DNA from: the human T2T-CHM13v2.0 reference genome, Homo sapiens
Reading direction: 5' to 3' (one strand)
Length of the DNA: 64,000 nt
NCBI RefSeq assembly: GCF_009914755.1
Contig: NC_060935.1
Below the pieces are notes generated by a model that searched no databases, was not told the DNA's origin, and saw only the letters and a program-made list of their open reading frames with translations. Positions 1-13,469 of this stretch are shown here, in pieces (position 1 is the first letter of the stretch; each line of letters begins with the position of its first letter). Made by a program: the position numbers and the translations under genes.

Positions 1-334
1 CTTAGCATAATTTTTTAAAGTACTATAATTATTTTTGCATTTTTACAGAGAAAAAGCATGTGTAGTTGAAGAGATAATTTGTGATATCCATCTAAAGATG
101 CTGAAGGAGTCAGAATTGTGCAGAGAAACTCAGATACTATTTGAGAGAAATTCTTTGGGTGGAGACTGAGCATACTAAGATATTAAATAGTTAAAAACTT
201 CTGATTTGAATGTCTTTTGACTATAAAGAGTCAGTAATTTAATTTTTTCAGACTTAAATTTTCTTATTGAGAGGTTTGATTTTTTTCCCTAATGTAGTTT
301 TTATATTGCAAAAGTTATATTATTTTAAATACTA

Positions 335-471
335 TTTTTTTTATGGATTTGGTTCGGGGGGTGGTCTCACTTTTTTGCCCAGGCTAGTCTCTAACTCCTG
401 GCTTCAAGCAATCCTCCCGCTTCAGCCTCTCAGTGTGCTAGAATTATAGGCATGAACCATTGCACCTGGCC
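335..471 (-). mobile_element. FLAM_C-like free left Alu monomer
   Basis: Reverse-complement Alu monomer (ggtctcac...gcccaggctagtct...aactcctggcttcaagcaatcctcccgc...cacctggcc) preceded by a T-rich tail. Confidence 0.85.
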
Positions 472-752
472 GTGGAATACTTTCATTCCACCTCATAGTG
501 TTGGTTGTCCTATATCCTCTGACCAGACACACTGGACTACATGACAAGGAAAATTTAAGACAAAAAATAAAATAATATATAACTAAAATCCCTTTATTGT
601 CCATTTTAGACTCGTCTTATTATAAACACTGAACCACCCATGCCTCATCCTAAGATAACACAAAGGCTTACTGGTAGTAGAGATTAGGGGACAACATGAT
701 AAAGGGAACTTCAGAACAATCATGACTTGTTGGTCTTTTCGCCAATGTATGT

Positions 753-754
<2 letters not shown>

Positions 755-788
<34 letters not shown>
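755..788. repeat. (AC)17 microsatellite
   Basis: Perfect AC run read directly. Confidence 0.98.
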
Positions 789-790
<2 letters not shown>

Positions 791-1599
791 CTGGTTGACC
801 AGAGGTGTTCTCATTGTCTGTTGGGATAAAAGAACAATATTTGAGGAATGTTGAAGGTAAACTTTTGTCTAATAGTCTCACTTTAGCTTGTCTGAAGAAA
901 TACTTAAAGAAATTTCTGTAATATCTTGCTATCCCACCTTTCCCCTTACTTTTCCTTTTAGCAATAAGAACAAATAATTGGACTGGTGAGAACTTGTCAA
1001 TAGGCCGTGTTTCTCCTACTGGTGGGTGCGCTGTATTCAGAAAGTCACTGCTCATGTAAGACATAGTCTCTTGTTTGAATTATATTATATTCACTCTCCA
1101 GTGGGTACACATATTATCTTATCTTCTCCAATATACATTGCATCCATGCAGTTAACACACCATCAGAAAAAGATAGATCAATTCCCTGACCTGCCATAAT
1201 GTAACCTGTCATTCCCTCTCAGAATTTCACTTGGCATTCTTGAGCTGTCCATTTTGCAGGCAATTTGGTGCATGAGCAGGTGCCTGGCGAAGTAGATGAA
1301 ACTTGTGATATCAAACCGTGTTCCCCATCAGTATGCTTCAAGGTTTAGATTCAAGGAGAGAGTAAGATGGTCCATTGTAATACCAATTTAAATCCATACT
1401 CTCTAATTCATCATTCCAGAAATCCTAAATTTAGGGATAATTGAACATTTTCTTAGTAAACTTATTCTTTGATCTCTCTTTAGACTGCATTTGTGTTTAT
1501 TGTCTCCATTATTTGGAAACTAGATGAGAAGATGATTGAGGACAGGCTCTTGCTATTCCGTCTGTCTGTAATGATTATGTCCCAGATATTACTCATTCT

Positions 1600-1877
1600 G
1601 TCCTTTATTCAAATGTCCATTATTCAGAATATCTGTATCTGACAATCCCCTCTCAATTTATATGATTATTTCTCTCTGGCTCCTTCTTTTGTTCTAATTT
1701 TTCTCATAGCACTAATCATACTACCTAAAATTATATTTTATATTTATTTGATTATTATGTCTTCCTTTTTAAAATATGAATTTCAGGAATTCAGAATCTT
1801 GTATTTATAGCTGTATCCACAAAGCCTAGACAAAAGCATGACACATAGAAAACACCATATACATATTAACTGAATGA
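1600..1877 (+). mobile_element. L2 (L2a-like) 3' end
   Basis: gctgtatccacaaagcctagacaaaagcatgacacatag...aactgaatga resembles the L2 3' terminus. Confidence 0.7.
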
Positions 1878-4297
1878 CCAAAAAAATAACCTTTTGATTA
1901 TGTATCTGTCTGATACATCATCAATACTTAATATTTTGAATTTAAGTGCAAAATGCTAATGCTCTCATTCATTTCAGGGAAATTTATTTAACAAAATTTG
2001 TGGTTTGAAAATAATTCTAATTATTGAGGTTTTTTTTTTTTTCTCCACACATCTGATATAATGGAGAGCTACTGACTCATTTAACATGTTTTAACCCATA
2101 CTTTGTAATGGTGTGCTCTAAATAAGAAAACCAGATGTGGTCCCTACTCTCAAAAATTTTACAGTCTAGCAAAATAGATAGCTCAAATAACTGTACTATA
2201 AAATCAACTTATGTTTTCTTAGTGTGATTCTATGTAGATTAAAAAAATTTTGATCACTCACCAAATTATACAATTGATAATATTCTTTTTAATTCAAGGA
2301 CAAAAATAAATAGCAAATATTATGTTCTGCATACTTGAGAGAGATGATCCTTGTCATTTTCCTTTAAATATAGAATGATTTTCAGTCTAACTTATTTAAG
2401 TGTTATCAGAATGTTTTCTGAGGCAGAGAAGAATCATATTACTAAAATATGTTAAATCTATACATCCTTTTGTTCAAGAAACAAACATTTTCAGAGAATT
2501 ACATTACCCTTATTGTTAATTATATTGAGTATGTTAACAATAATGGGACTGGAGAATTTAGTGTGATTACATGTCTATCTTTCCACCTGTTCAGTCTCAC
2601 ATGTGGTGGCTAGTGGCAAACCTTAGACATAGTCAAAATAAACTTTGAAAATCCCTAAGAAAGGTATATTCAAGGAGATGATTATCTTGTATCTCAACCC
2701 CAACAAAACTAGTACTTTCCAAATATTAGATGTCTCTTTTGTGAGTAATGAATGATTTAGTTAGTTTATGTTCAGGGCTGTGCAGCAGATTTAAATTTCA
2801 TTATATTACCCTTGCATTATCAACGTCATTATCTGGTCTTTGAAAAATGGTCATCCCTCAAGTCTCTTTAAGTTCTACCCAGAATCAAGTTATCACCACT
2901 AGATTGTCCTATCACTTTGTATGTTTCATTTTTTTGTTCCCCTCAGACTGTCCAATTTCTACACTCAAATTTTGTTTCTGGCTTAGGCTTTTTCTTGGAT
3001 AGCTTATTTAGAGTCCCTCTCTGCTTTAGGAAACTTGCCTGATACCTCACCCAATTGACTCTCATCCCTCTCTACCCCCTTGGTTTTGATATCACTCATA
3101 TCTACAGTCAACAACACTTATCTTCTGATCTATCTCTCTCCCATTGCTTCTCCTGCCCTGTTTTCCAAGAAAGGGATTGGACACAAATTGTCACATTGTA
3201 ATTATTTTCATAAACATTCTGAATTTGAGTCCCTATCTCGTCACTGTTGCCTCAAAGGAAGGTCATGATCAACATAGAAAAGACAACTTCTTCCTGAGAT
3301 TAATCTTTAAAAGTTAAGATGGGCAATGAGTTAAACTGGGATTTAACAAGCTGGGAGCCCAATTTGAAGCGTCATGTTGCTTACCGTTAGGGAATTCAGA
3401 GTAACTGACCTGTCCAGACAGCTGGTATAGCCGAACTGCCAAGGATCCATTTGTAAAATGCACTCAGGAAATTTATGGAAAATAACTTATTCCAAGAGCA
3501 AAGAGGTAATCTGACAAGCTAAATTCATGGACAATGAGGAAGGTAGTTATAAGTATGAGAATATGAGCTGCTCAGATTCCTCAAAGGCAGCATAAATAAC
3601 TTAAGATATGTGTAGGTCTAAAGATATATTAAATATGCTTGTCCTAAAACGTCTTTGGCCATTGCATCATTGTCCTTGGCTTTCTCTCCTCTCCTTCTGT
3701 TTAATTTTCCTCTAATCCTATCTTTCTGTTCAGTTCTAATGTATGCAGTTTAACTGTCTTTTTTGACGTCTTGTCACTTACTGTCTACCGATGCCTTCAA
3801 TGTCTCACCATACATGCCAAGTGACTTTTGAAAATGATTTCCTAAACACAAGTATAATTAATTCCTTAAGAGGAAATATGTTGTGAGCTGTTAAGATCAT
3901 AACACTTTTTTAGCCTGATGAATAACCCTCTCAAGTTTTTACCCTATGTATTCTCTACAATACCAGACATGCTGAACAGTCAAGGCAGAGACCTCATCAT
4001 TATCACTCCAGGTTGACATGGTCTGTTGAAATGAAAGTACATATTTTATGGTGACTATGCTGTCTGTTTGCCTGAGTGAAAGGATGTCCATGGTAACAGC
4101 TATTTAAGATTATTGCTGGATGTGTATAAGTTATTTATTATAATTATTATAATTCTTCAGGGAAACATTACTTATAATTCAGCAATTCACTTTATCATTT
4201 GAATGTTTCTAGGCTTGATTAAAGGGCCAATTTTGTATAGTTATAGTATGGTATTTTCTTTATTTTGTTCACATAACTATATAAAACATGTAGCCTT

Positions 4298-4349
4298 ATA
4301 TACACATACATATGTGTATATATGTGTGTATATATGAATATATGCTCAA

Positions 4350-4389
<40 letters not shown>
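4298..4389. repeat. Compound (TA/CA)n-(TG)n microsatellite
   Basis: Alternating purine-pyrimidine tract ending in about (TG)16. Confidence 0.95.
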
Positions 4390-4390
<1 letters not shown>

Positions 4391-5734
4391 CTAATCTCTT
4401 TCAAGTTAGTGATACTGCCATGAGATCATCAGATCATCAGATAATCATTTTGGAAATTATAACAATTCATGCCCAAAGCAGGATCTACATAACATCTTTT
4501 GGCATAGTTCTCAACTAAAGTCTAAGTGTCATATTTATATTTGCATTTGTATTGATATTTGTAGGTAGATTGCAACATTTTTAGGTATTATATATTATAC
4601 AATGTACTATATTACGTTTCTTATATGTTTACTTTATCAGATATATAATAATGTATCTGATATAAATTAATCTTCATCATAGGTCACTTTTTTAGATGTA
4701 ATGCTAAATATTTTAAAGGTTTATGTTATTCTCATCAATGTTTACTTTTTATTTGTCATCTCCCTCTGTGTCTTAGCTAGTTCTTTCGGTTTTATAAGTA
4801 ATTATAGAATTTTAGAGCTGGAAACCCTTACTGAACATCAAAAGACTGCAGCCACTTATCTTTGAAGCAGTCACATGTTTCTGACTTGACCACAGGCTCT
4901 GTTCACTCAGCCTGAGTTGTCTGACTGAATCATGGGGAAGGCTTTAATTCACTTTTCTGCCCTACTACCCTCCAAAGACTGTTACCTCCTCTATATTCTG
5001 GAGATGGAAAACAGAAAGAAAATAAAATAAATGGAATACAAATTCTTATTTGTGTAAATTGTGATGCCAAGCACTCATATTTTCTCAACCAAGTTGCCTT
5101 TGCTTTGACGACTTTTAGCAGCTATTTCCTAGTGACAGCTCAAAATTTCTGTATAGCTTGATTTTGGGAGCAGCAGTCTGGTGGAAGGGTCAGTGAAGGC
5201 AGTTTTAAACCTGGATGTGCCTAGAAGGCACTCTCTTTTTATTTAGGTTATATAATACAAATAAAAATAGCAAGTACACCTTCTAAAATGCTTCTTTTTG
5301 GTTTTATGTAAAATTTTAAAAATGTCAATGTGTTTATGAAATAGTACTACTTTATGAAATGATATTTGATTTCACCTTGGGATTTTATGTAGATTATTTA
5401 GGGGCAGTGCTAAACCTCCCCACAGACTATTTCTAGGCCTTATCAATGACCAAGCAACTTAGTTTATTTGAAAATAGTTTGTTTTATGTACAACAAATAT
5501 TATATATATATATATATATGCTGTTTTTAACAAATACATGTTTTAACATGTATATGCTGTTTTTAAGTGGTATTTTTAAATCATTATGTACATATATACT
5601 GTTTTTTGATGACTTTTTTTTTTTTGCAGTACCAACTATCAAGGCTTGAAAGCTAAGGGTTTTCAAGATTAACATTATTTTTAAGTAACATTTTGTTAAT
5701 GGGAAAGTCATTCATCCATTATACCAATGATTCT

Positions 5735-8507
5735 TTTATTTTCCTCCCTCCCTCCCTTCCTTCCTTCTTTTGTTCTTTTCTTTCTTTTTGATTGAGAAAT
5801 AATAGTTGTGTACATTTATGAAGTACAACGTGATGTTTTGATCTATGTATATGTCGTAGATAAGATTCAATAAAGCTAATTAACTTACCTATCAGCTCAC
5901 TAACAGCATCATTTATTTGGGGTGAGAATGTTAGAAATCTAGTTCTTTAACAATTTAAAATTTACAATACATAATTACTAACTGCAGTCACTGTGCAGTA
6001 CAATAGATCACTAAAAGTTATTCCTCTAGTCTAACTACAACTTTGTATCCTTTTATCAGCATCTCCACTTTCCCTATCCCTTGGCCTCCCCTAACCCCTC
6101 CTCAGTCTCTGTTTTTATGATACCAACTTTTTTAGATTCTACGTATATGGGAGACTATAAGCAGTTATCTTTCTCTGCCTGCCTTATTTCTCTTAACATA
6201 ATGTCCTCCAGTTTCATACATGTTGTTACAAATGACAGCATTTCATTCTCTTCTAAGATTTATTATATTCCATTGTGTGTATACCATATTTTCTTTATCC
6301 TTTCAATTGTTGATGGACACTTATGTTACTCTCAAATCTTGGCTATTTTAAATAATGCTGAAATGAAAATGGAAGTGCAAATATCTTTTTACCATACTGA
6401 TTTCAATCTCCTTGGAAACATACTCAGACATGGGATTGCTGGATCATATGGTAATTATATTTTTAGTTTTTTGAGGAACCTACATGTATTCTCCAAAATG
6501 ATTGTACTGATTTACATTTCCACCAACAGTGTACAAGAGTTCCTTTTCTCCACATTCTCATCAACACTTACATATCTTTTTTATAGCCATTCTAGCAGCT
6601 ATGAGGTGATATCTCATTTTGGTTTTAACTTGCATTTCCAAAATAGAGATGTTGAGCATTTTTTCATGAATCTGTTGGCCATTCGTATGTCCTCTTTTGA
6701 TAAATGTATATTCAGATCCTTTGCCCATTATTAATAGTTTTTTTTTTTCAATTGAGTTGAGTTCTTTATGCATTTTGGATATTAGCTCCTTATCAGATAT
6801 GTGGTCTGAAAATATTTTCTTCCAATCCATTGGTTGTCTCTTCACTCTGTTGTTTACTCCGCTATGCAGAAACACTTTAGTTTGATACAATCACTTTTGT
6901 CTATTTTTGCTTTAGTTGCTTGTATTTTTATGTTGTATCTATGAAATCAGTGCCAAAACCAATGTCATGAAGATTTTCTCCACGTTTACTTCTAGTAGCT
7001 TTGTAATTTCAGATCTTATGTTTAAGCATTTTTTAAATTTTTTTTCCATAAGTTACTGGGGAACAGGTGGTATTTGGTTACATTAGTAAGTTCTTTAGTG
7101 GTGATTTGTGAGATTTTGGTGCACCCATCACCTGAGCGGTATACACTGCACCATATTTGTAGTTTTTTATCCCTCCCCACCTCCCACCACTCCCCCCAAG
7201 TCCACAAATCCGTTGGATCACTTTATGCCTTTGTATCCTCATAGCTTAGCTCCCACATATTGGTGAGAATATATGGTGTTTGGTTTTCCATTCCTGAGTT
7301 ACTTCACTTAGAATAATAGTCTCCAGTCTCATCCAGATTGCTGCAAATGCCGTTAAGTCATTCCTCTTTATGGCTGAGTAGTATTCCATGGTATAAATAT
7401 ACTACGGTGTCTTTATTTACTCGTTGATTGATGGGCATTTGGGTTGGTTCCATGATTTTGCAGTCGTGAATTGTGCTGCTATAAATGTGTGTGCAAGTAT
7501 CTTTTTCATATAATGACTTTTTTTCCTCTGGTAGTTACCCAGAAGTGAGACTGCTGGATCAAATTTAAAATCCATTTTAAGTTTATTTTTGCATATGGTG
7601 TAATAGGAGGGCCCAATTTCATTTTTTCTGTATGTGGATATCCAGTTATCCCAACATAATTTATTGAAAAGACTGTCCTTTCTCCCCTGTGTGTTCTTGA
7701 CATCTTTGTCAAACATCACTTGGCTATAAATACTTGAGCTTATTTCCATGCTCTCTATCCTGCTTCATTGGTTGATGTCTCTACTTTTATGGCAGTACCA
7801 TATGTTTTGGTTATAATATATTACAATGTCTTAAAATAGCTTTATAATATATTTTGAAAAAAGTGTGATGCGTACAGCTTTGCTCCTTTTGTTCAAAACT
7901 GCTTTGGCTTTTCGTGGTTTTTCTGGTTCCATACAAATTGTAGGATTTTTTTCTTTATTTCTGTGAAAAATGACATTGGAATTTTATTAGGAATTTCATT
8001 GACTCTGTAGATAGCTTAGTTTGCATGGACATTTTAAGACTTTCTCCACTTTTATTCAACATAATACTAAAAGCTCTAGCCAGAATATTAGGGAAGAAAA
8101 AAATAAAAATAATTCATTCAGGAAGGGAAGAAGTAAAATTGTCTCTGTTTCCTGATGACATGACCTGATATATAGAAAATTTTCAAGACTCCACCAAAAA
8201 ACTGTTAGAACTAATACATTTAAGTAAAGTTGCAGGTTACAAAATCAATATACAGAAATCAGTAGCATTTCTATAAACTAACAACAAGCTGTCTGAAAGG
8301 AAATTTTTAAAAATTTGATTTACAATAGCATCAGAAAATGAAATAGAAAATTTAACCAAGGAGGTGAAGATTTATACACTGATAACTATAAAATATTGAT
8401 AAAAGAAAGTGAAGAAGATACAAGTAAATGCAAAATATCCTATGTTCATGAATTAAAATAATTAATATTGTTAAAATGTCCATAGTACCCAAAGCAATTT
8501 ACAGATT
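5735..8507 (-). mobile_element. L1MA-type element (about L1MA6-7), 5'-inverted (twin-primed)
   Basis: 3' UTR and ORF2 on the minus strand to ~8036 (ORF 6561-6890 reads RVKRQPMDWKKIF), then plus-strand RT-domain sequence 8037-8507 (tttcctgatgacatg = degenerate FADD motif). Degenerate TSD cattataccaatgattct (5717-5734) / cattaaagcaatgacttct (8508-8526) at a TT/AGAA site. Confidence 0.88.
7038..7563 (-). mobile_element. L1PB1-like 3' fragment nested in the L1MA
   Basis: Diagnostic 3' end (ggggaacaggtggtatttggttac...ttctttagtggtgatttgtgagattttggtgcacccatcacc). Host L1 resumes at ttaaaatccatttt; tttaaa flanks both sides. Confidence 0.88.
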
Positions 8508-8669
8508 CATTAAAGCAATGACTTCTAACCTCAGATTCAAATGCACATGAATGGACTTCAGCAAGGAGAAGAATACCCAAAAATTTAAATAAAATTCACG
8601 TGGATACACACTTTATTGTAGAAAAGGCCTATAATTCATAGAGGCATACTGGATTATACTAGTACATAT

Positions 8670-9057
8670 GAACTACATATGCTTAACCAAAATCCCCAAT
8701 TCTGAAATCTTACTATGATAGCAATTTATTTCTTCCTCACATAAAATTTAACGGTAATATGTAGCCTTACTTTCTGAAGTGGTCTCAGGTTCAGTTTTCT
8801 AAAATTTTTTTCCCACCATCTTATGATATTTATTGCTAGGTGGCACATAAAAAGATCAGCATTTCAGCCAACATAGAGATGCCATTCCTTTAAAGGCAAG
8901 TCTGAAAATTGTACCATGCTTTCAGTGAACTCCTCATTAATTAGAACTTAGAAATAAAATCCTCATTCTGGGTGGCCATGTGTTGAGGATAAAGGATTCT
9001 ATTACAGTAGAGGAAGTAACTAATAGATATTAGGGACAACGAGCACTTTCTGGCACA
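8670..9057 (-). mobile_element. Old MaLR LTR (MLT1J/K-like), degenerate
   Basis: tttatttcttcctcacataaa...attaattagaactta...ctgggtggccatgtg...ggattctattac...tctggcaca. Confidence 0.55.
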
Positions 9058-9125
9058 AATATACATTGTAAAGTGCTTAGAGCAATACCTGGTAGATAAT
9101 AAGTACATACTAAATTTTAGCTATT
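9058..9125 (+). mobile_element. MIR 3' fragment
   Basis: tgtaaagtgcttagagcaatacctgg...taaattttagctatt. Confidence 0.65.
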
Positions 9126-10699
9126 TTAACCGTGGATCTATGGTGTAAAAACTGGAAAAATCTGGTAGTAGCAGAGAAGCCAAGGTAATATGACTTATAA
9201 ATTAATTGCCTCATGTAATATTGTCTTAGTTGTTTTATATGTAATTTGTTTATATTTTGAGTGGATTAAAATAAGCAAATCTAATAGATTTAAATTTATG
9301 CATATTTTTCCCTCAGTGCTTGGTATACAATAATAGAATTGTTTACATAATTCCTGTGAGATAACTTTGATTTGTGATCATCGAAACAGCATTTTATCTG
9401 GTATGAGACTTTAGCCTTAGGTATTATTTCCCTACATAGGAACATATATTCTAGATTTGAACTAAAAGAACAATTGTTCTGTAGTGATTATCTTGTGCCA
9501 CTCACACCCCACATTGTTCTATTCAATGCAAGCAAAAGAGTTCTGAATATTAAAAAGAAATCTCAATGCCAAGTGAAATATATTTTCGTATAACTGAAAG
9601 CACAAGTCTGGGATACAATATGTCGATATTTCTAAGCTGTCATAAGAGTGTATATTATTACACAGATATTATTATTGATGTTAACTATTTCTACATGACA
9701 AATTTGGTAGCCAGCCATCCAATCAAGACTATGGAGCATCTTTGATTTTGAACTTTGTAAAACCTATTTATAAACTCCATAGGAAACTAGATCCATTATT
9801 TTATACACCTGCAGCATGCCTAGAACAAAGCAGCATTACTATTTTCCTCATTGGGAATATTGAGACTTAAATATCATTTATTTTTTCCATCAAGATGGAA
9901 GGCAAGGTGTTATAGTAAACATGACATATTAATTTAATATTTTTTATCAAGAGGATTCAAATATTAGACTGGGAATTAGAATATGTGAGTTTTATTGCTC
10001 CCTTTTACTTGAAGAGGTAATTTATATGTTTTTTTAAACTAATTTGTAAGGGTTGGTTTCTAATTCTAATTCTATTTATAACTGTGTGGTCATGGAAGGG
10101 TGATCCAGATTTCCAATTCTATAATGTCAAATAATCCAGTTCTAAAAATATCTAAGATTTATAACCACACTTAATCTTTGTTGGTATTACTATGAAGGAA
10201 AGATTTTTTTTTTTAAGAAAAGGTATTGACCAAGACTTTTGCATTACAGTTGTAAGTTATAGGAAAACAATTCAAAATAAATTATTATTAATTTATTTGA
10301 AATAAATAAATTATTAAAATTGGGAGAAGTTTCTTGGAAGGCAACAAAAGCATCTATCTTGAAGACATTTCATGACCAGATGAATCATAGTGCTAGGTGC
10401 AGGAGACAACATGATCAGTCAGTCTTGGGCATATGTCCACTCTTGTGCTTGCAGTCCAAGGGGAAGCAGAAAATAAGAGAGACAGATGCCAACAGTAAAA
10501 CTAAAATTAGTTTCTAAAATGCTTTTGATCAACAACTGCATCACTGGTGTGAGTTATCTCCTCTTACAAGGGTAAACTGTGTGAACATTTGCAAATAGAA
10601 ATACTTATGATATATTACAAATACATTAAGATTTTATATAGTATTTGTGAATTTATGTGTTTTTATAAGTCTAGATAATTGTCCAAATAAAAACTCACA

Positions 10700-11101
10700 C
10701 ATTCATTTGCTAGGGCTGCCATAACAAAATTCTAAAAATTGAGTGGCTTAAAACAACAGAAATTTATCTTGTGGTCCTGGTGGTAGAAGTCTGAAACCAA
10801 GATGTTGGTGTGGTTGGCTCTTTCTGAGGCCTGTGAGGAAAGGCTCTGTTCAAGGCCTTTCTCTTTAGCTTGTTATGGCTGCCTTCATACTCACATGTCA
10901 TTCTCCCTATACACATTTCTGTGTCAAAATTTCCCTTTTTTTATAAGGACATCAATTATTTTGGATTAGGGTTCACTCAAATAATCTCATTTTAACATGA
11001 TTACCTCCATAAAGACCTTATCTCCAAATAAAGTCATAATTTGAGGCACTGCAATTTAGTTCAACATATTAATTTGGGGGGGAACAATTCTACTCATAAC
11101 A
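10700..11101 (-). mobile_element. MLT1B/MLT1C-like solo LTR
   Basis: tttgctagggctgccataacaaaa...gtggcttaaaacaacagaaatttat...tctccaaataaagtcat...gggggaacaattctactcataaca. Confidence 0.85.
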
Positions 11102-13469
11102 ATTGGAATGAGACCATAGAACCACGGGCTTAATGGATTTGATCTATTCTAGTAGTAGCCTTTTTACTCCTGGTGCCATTTCTTCCATCACTGACATATA
11201 ATGTCATTGTTGTTAGAAGAACGCCCCTGCCCACCCCCTCCCCCAACACACATATAGTGAGGATGTCCACATTGTCCACTACTCCAGTAGCTCCTCTACT
11301 AGTCAGGCAGGACTTACTCAGGTTATAGAAGGTGGGGCCAAAAAAAAAAGTCTTCCCCAAAGTGTCATGCTTGGTGGCCATATGGACAGTTAGCATTAGT
11401 GGCCATATGGACAGTTTGGTCTATCAAACTGATTGTCCCTGAGCAACTCATGCTGGTGCATATCCCTCCACAGTCGGTGGCAACTCTTATTTGGAAAATG
11501 TCCAGAGGTACCCTCCCTGTGGTTTCCAAAATCACTGTTGTTTTTTTTGGCATTATATGCTGAATGACTATTTCCATATCAGCCCCTCAAGACCAAAGTA
11601 ATGAGAAACAGAGATTTTCAGCCTTTTCCACACATTTTTTTGGATACTTCTTTCTCCATGACCACGCAGCTCTGAAAGTCAGCCTGATTCACCTGCCCAG
11701 ACTATTCCAAGTGAGTATCCCTTGGATGACCTTGATTTACTTTCTGCCAGCATTCTTCAGCCTGGTTGACTTCAAGCCGTGAGATCAGAGAGATTTTACT
11801 GAAACTGAGTCTCAAAAAGAGAAAGGTTGAACATAAATATATATACCTACAATATACCTGCAAAAACCAAGTATAAAACAAATTAAAGAAAGGTTGGAAT
11901 CTAGGACCTGTATTTTTCTCTGAGGCTACTTGGTTTCTATGTAGATATTTTGACCCACTCATCAAAGATATGAAGTAAATAGACATTATCAATTAACCAC
12001 CACCACTTACCAAATATAATATATTCCACACTTTTTTGCTAGAGTGCCAAGGACCATCTTTCCTTATATGACCTTAGCTAGATAGAAACAATCAAGAGAT
12101 TTTTCCTAGAGCAATAAGATGAAAAGGCCCACTCCATCAAAATATAATTTAAAAAATATTTATAGAGATGGCTTTCATACAAGTATATATTGAACACATT
12201 TCAAAATGTATTTAATCCTCTGAGGTAGCCAGCAAGATGGTAAAGTAGGTTCAAAAAACATTCGTACAGATTTTTGCAATCAGCCAGAAAAGAAATGTAT
12301 AAATACATTTGTCAAGTTAAAACACAAAACTGGCTAATATCCTACATGCCAATTATACTATAGCCTTTGGGGTTATCTTTTCTACTATACAAAAATAACC
12401 TTCATTTTTTCTAAAAAAAATTGCAAGTTCAGAATTTTTTTTAGTTTAATGAATTCACAATATTCATAGAATCTATGAGTAGGGTCCTAATCAATAGCAC
12501 GAGAAATTTACTTATGAGTTAATTCACCTTAAAAACAAGATAACCTTTAATTATGTGTTTTATTTAGCAAACCATTTTCACATTACTTTTTTTAGTGGCT
12601 ACATAACTTTGCATTTTTTAAATACTCTTGGAAAATTTGGATAGGTCTATTAGTGCTTGAGTGTGGCACAGAAAAACATAAAATCATCTTTTTGTGTTGT
12701 TTCCATATTTTAGATATTTTTTTCTTAACTACTCTAAAGTTGTATAATGCCTGTCATAGCTTCATGAGAAAAATCAATCTTTAAAATTGTTTTCTCATAA
12801 AAAATTAAAATTTTTTCATCACCTGGCATTCAGCTATATGTTAACTATTACAAGCAATTAAGGTCTTACAATTTATTATCCACTTGTATGACCACCTTTA
12901 CTTTTAGCAACATAGTGGACTACAAAAAAATAACAAATAAAAAGAGGAAAAGTGACATCGAGATGACACAGTAGAAGGCAATGTGCTCAAATTCCCCAAC
13001 AACAAGAATTCTGTAGCCATCCACAGGTAAAAGTCTCTCTGTAGTAGCCTTGGTATTTAGGTAGGAGTTTTGTGAAACCCTGGTAAAGCACAGGACCCAG
13101 GAAGACTGTTTTGAGAATGCAGAACAGCAACCAGGTTGCGGATCCACTGATGATGTTCTCAGGTTCAAACCCAGAATCAGTTCCATTCCCCAAAGGCTTT
13201 GGCTACAGCACCATTTGGCCTTGAGCCTACAACTAAAACCATTTGCCAAGGGAGCCAAAAGGAATCACGAACACCAGTGTCTCAGCAAGAAAAGATAATT
13301 TTCCTGCTGACATTGATCTCTGCAATGGACCTGAAACTTGTCCTGTGGCTCAATTCCAGTCCAGCCCAGTTGAAGTTCCAGCTTAGAACTGCTCACACAA
13401 GGACCGCAGAGAGACTTGCCCATATGTTGCACACAGAATCTGAGCCTCCATAAGGGGCTTACCAGCCTT

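Noticed and set aside
1180-1345. Possible coding exon (plus strand, ttttgcag|..NLVHEQVPGEVDETCDIKPCSPS) or RTE-like peptide (minus strand, KMDSSRMPSEILRG)
   Set aside because: The donors are weak, I recognise no protein, and the similarity is too short to separate from chance without a tBLASTn or conservation check.
6081-6734. Longest ORF in the window (217 aa, plus strand)
   Set aside because: It is an antisense frame of L1 ORF2/3' UTR with a non-ATG start; T-rich antisense L1 often gives long hydrophobic ORFs.
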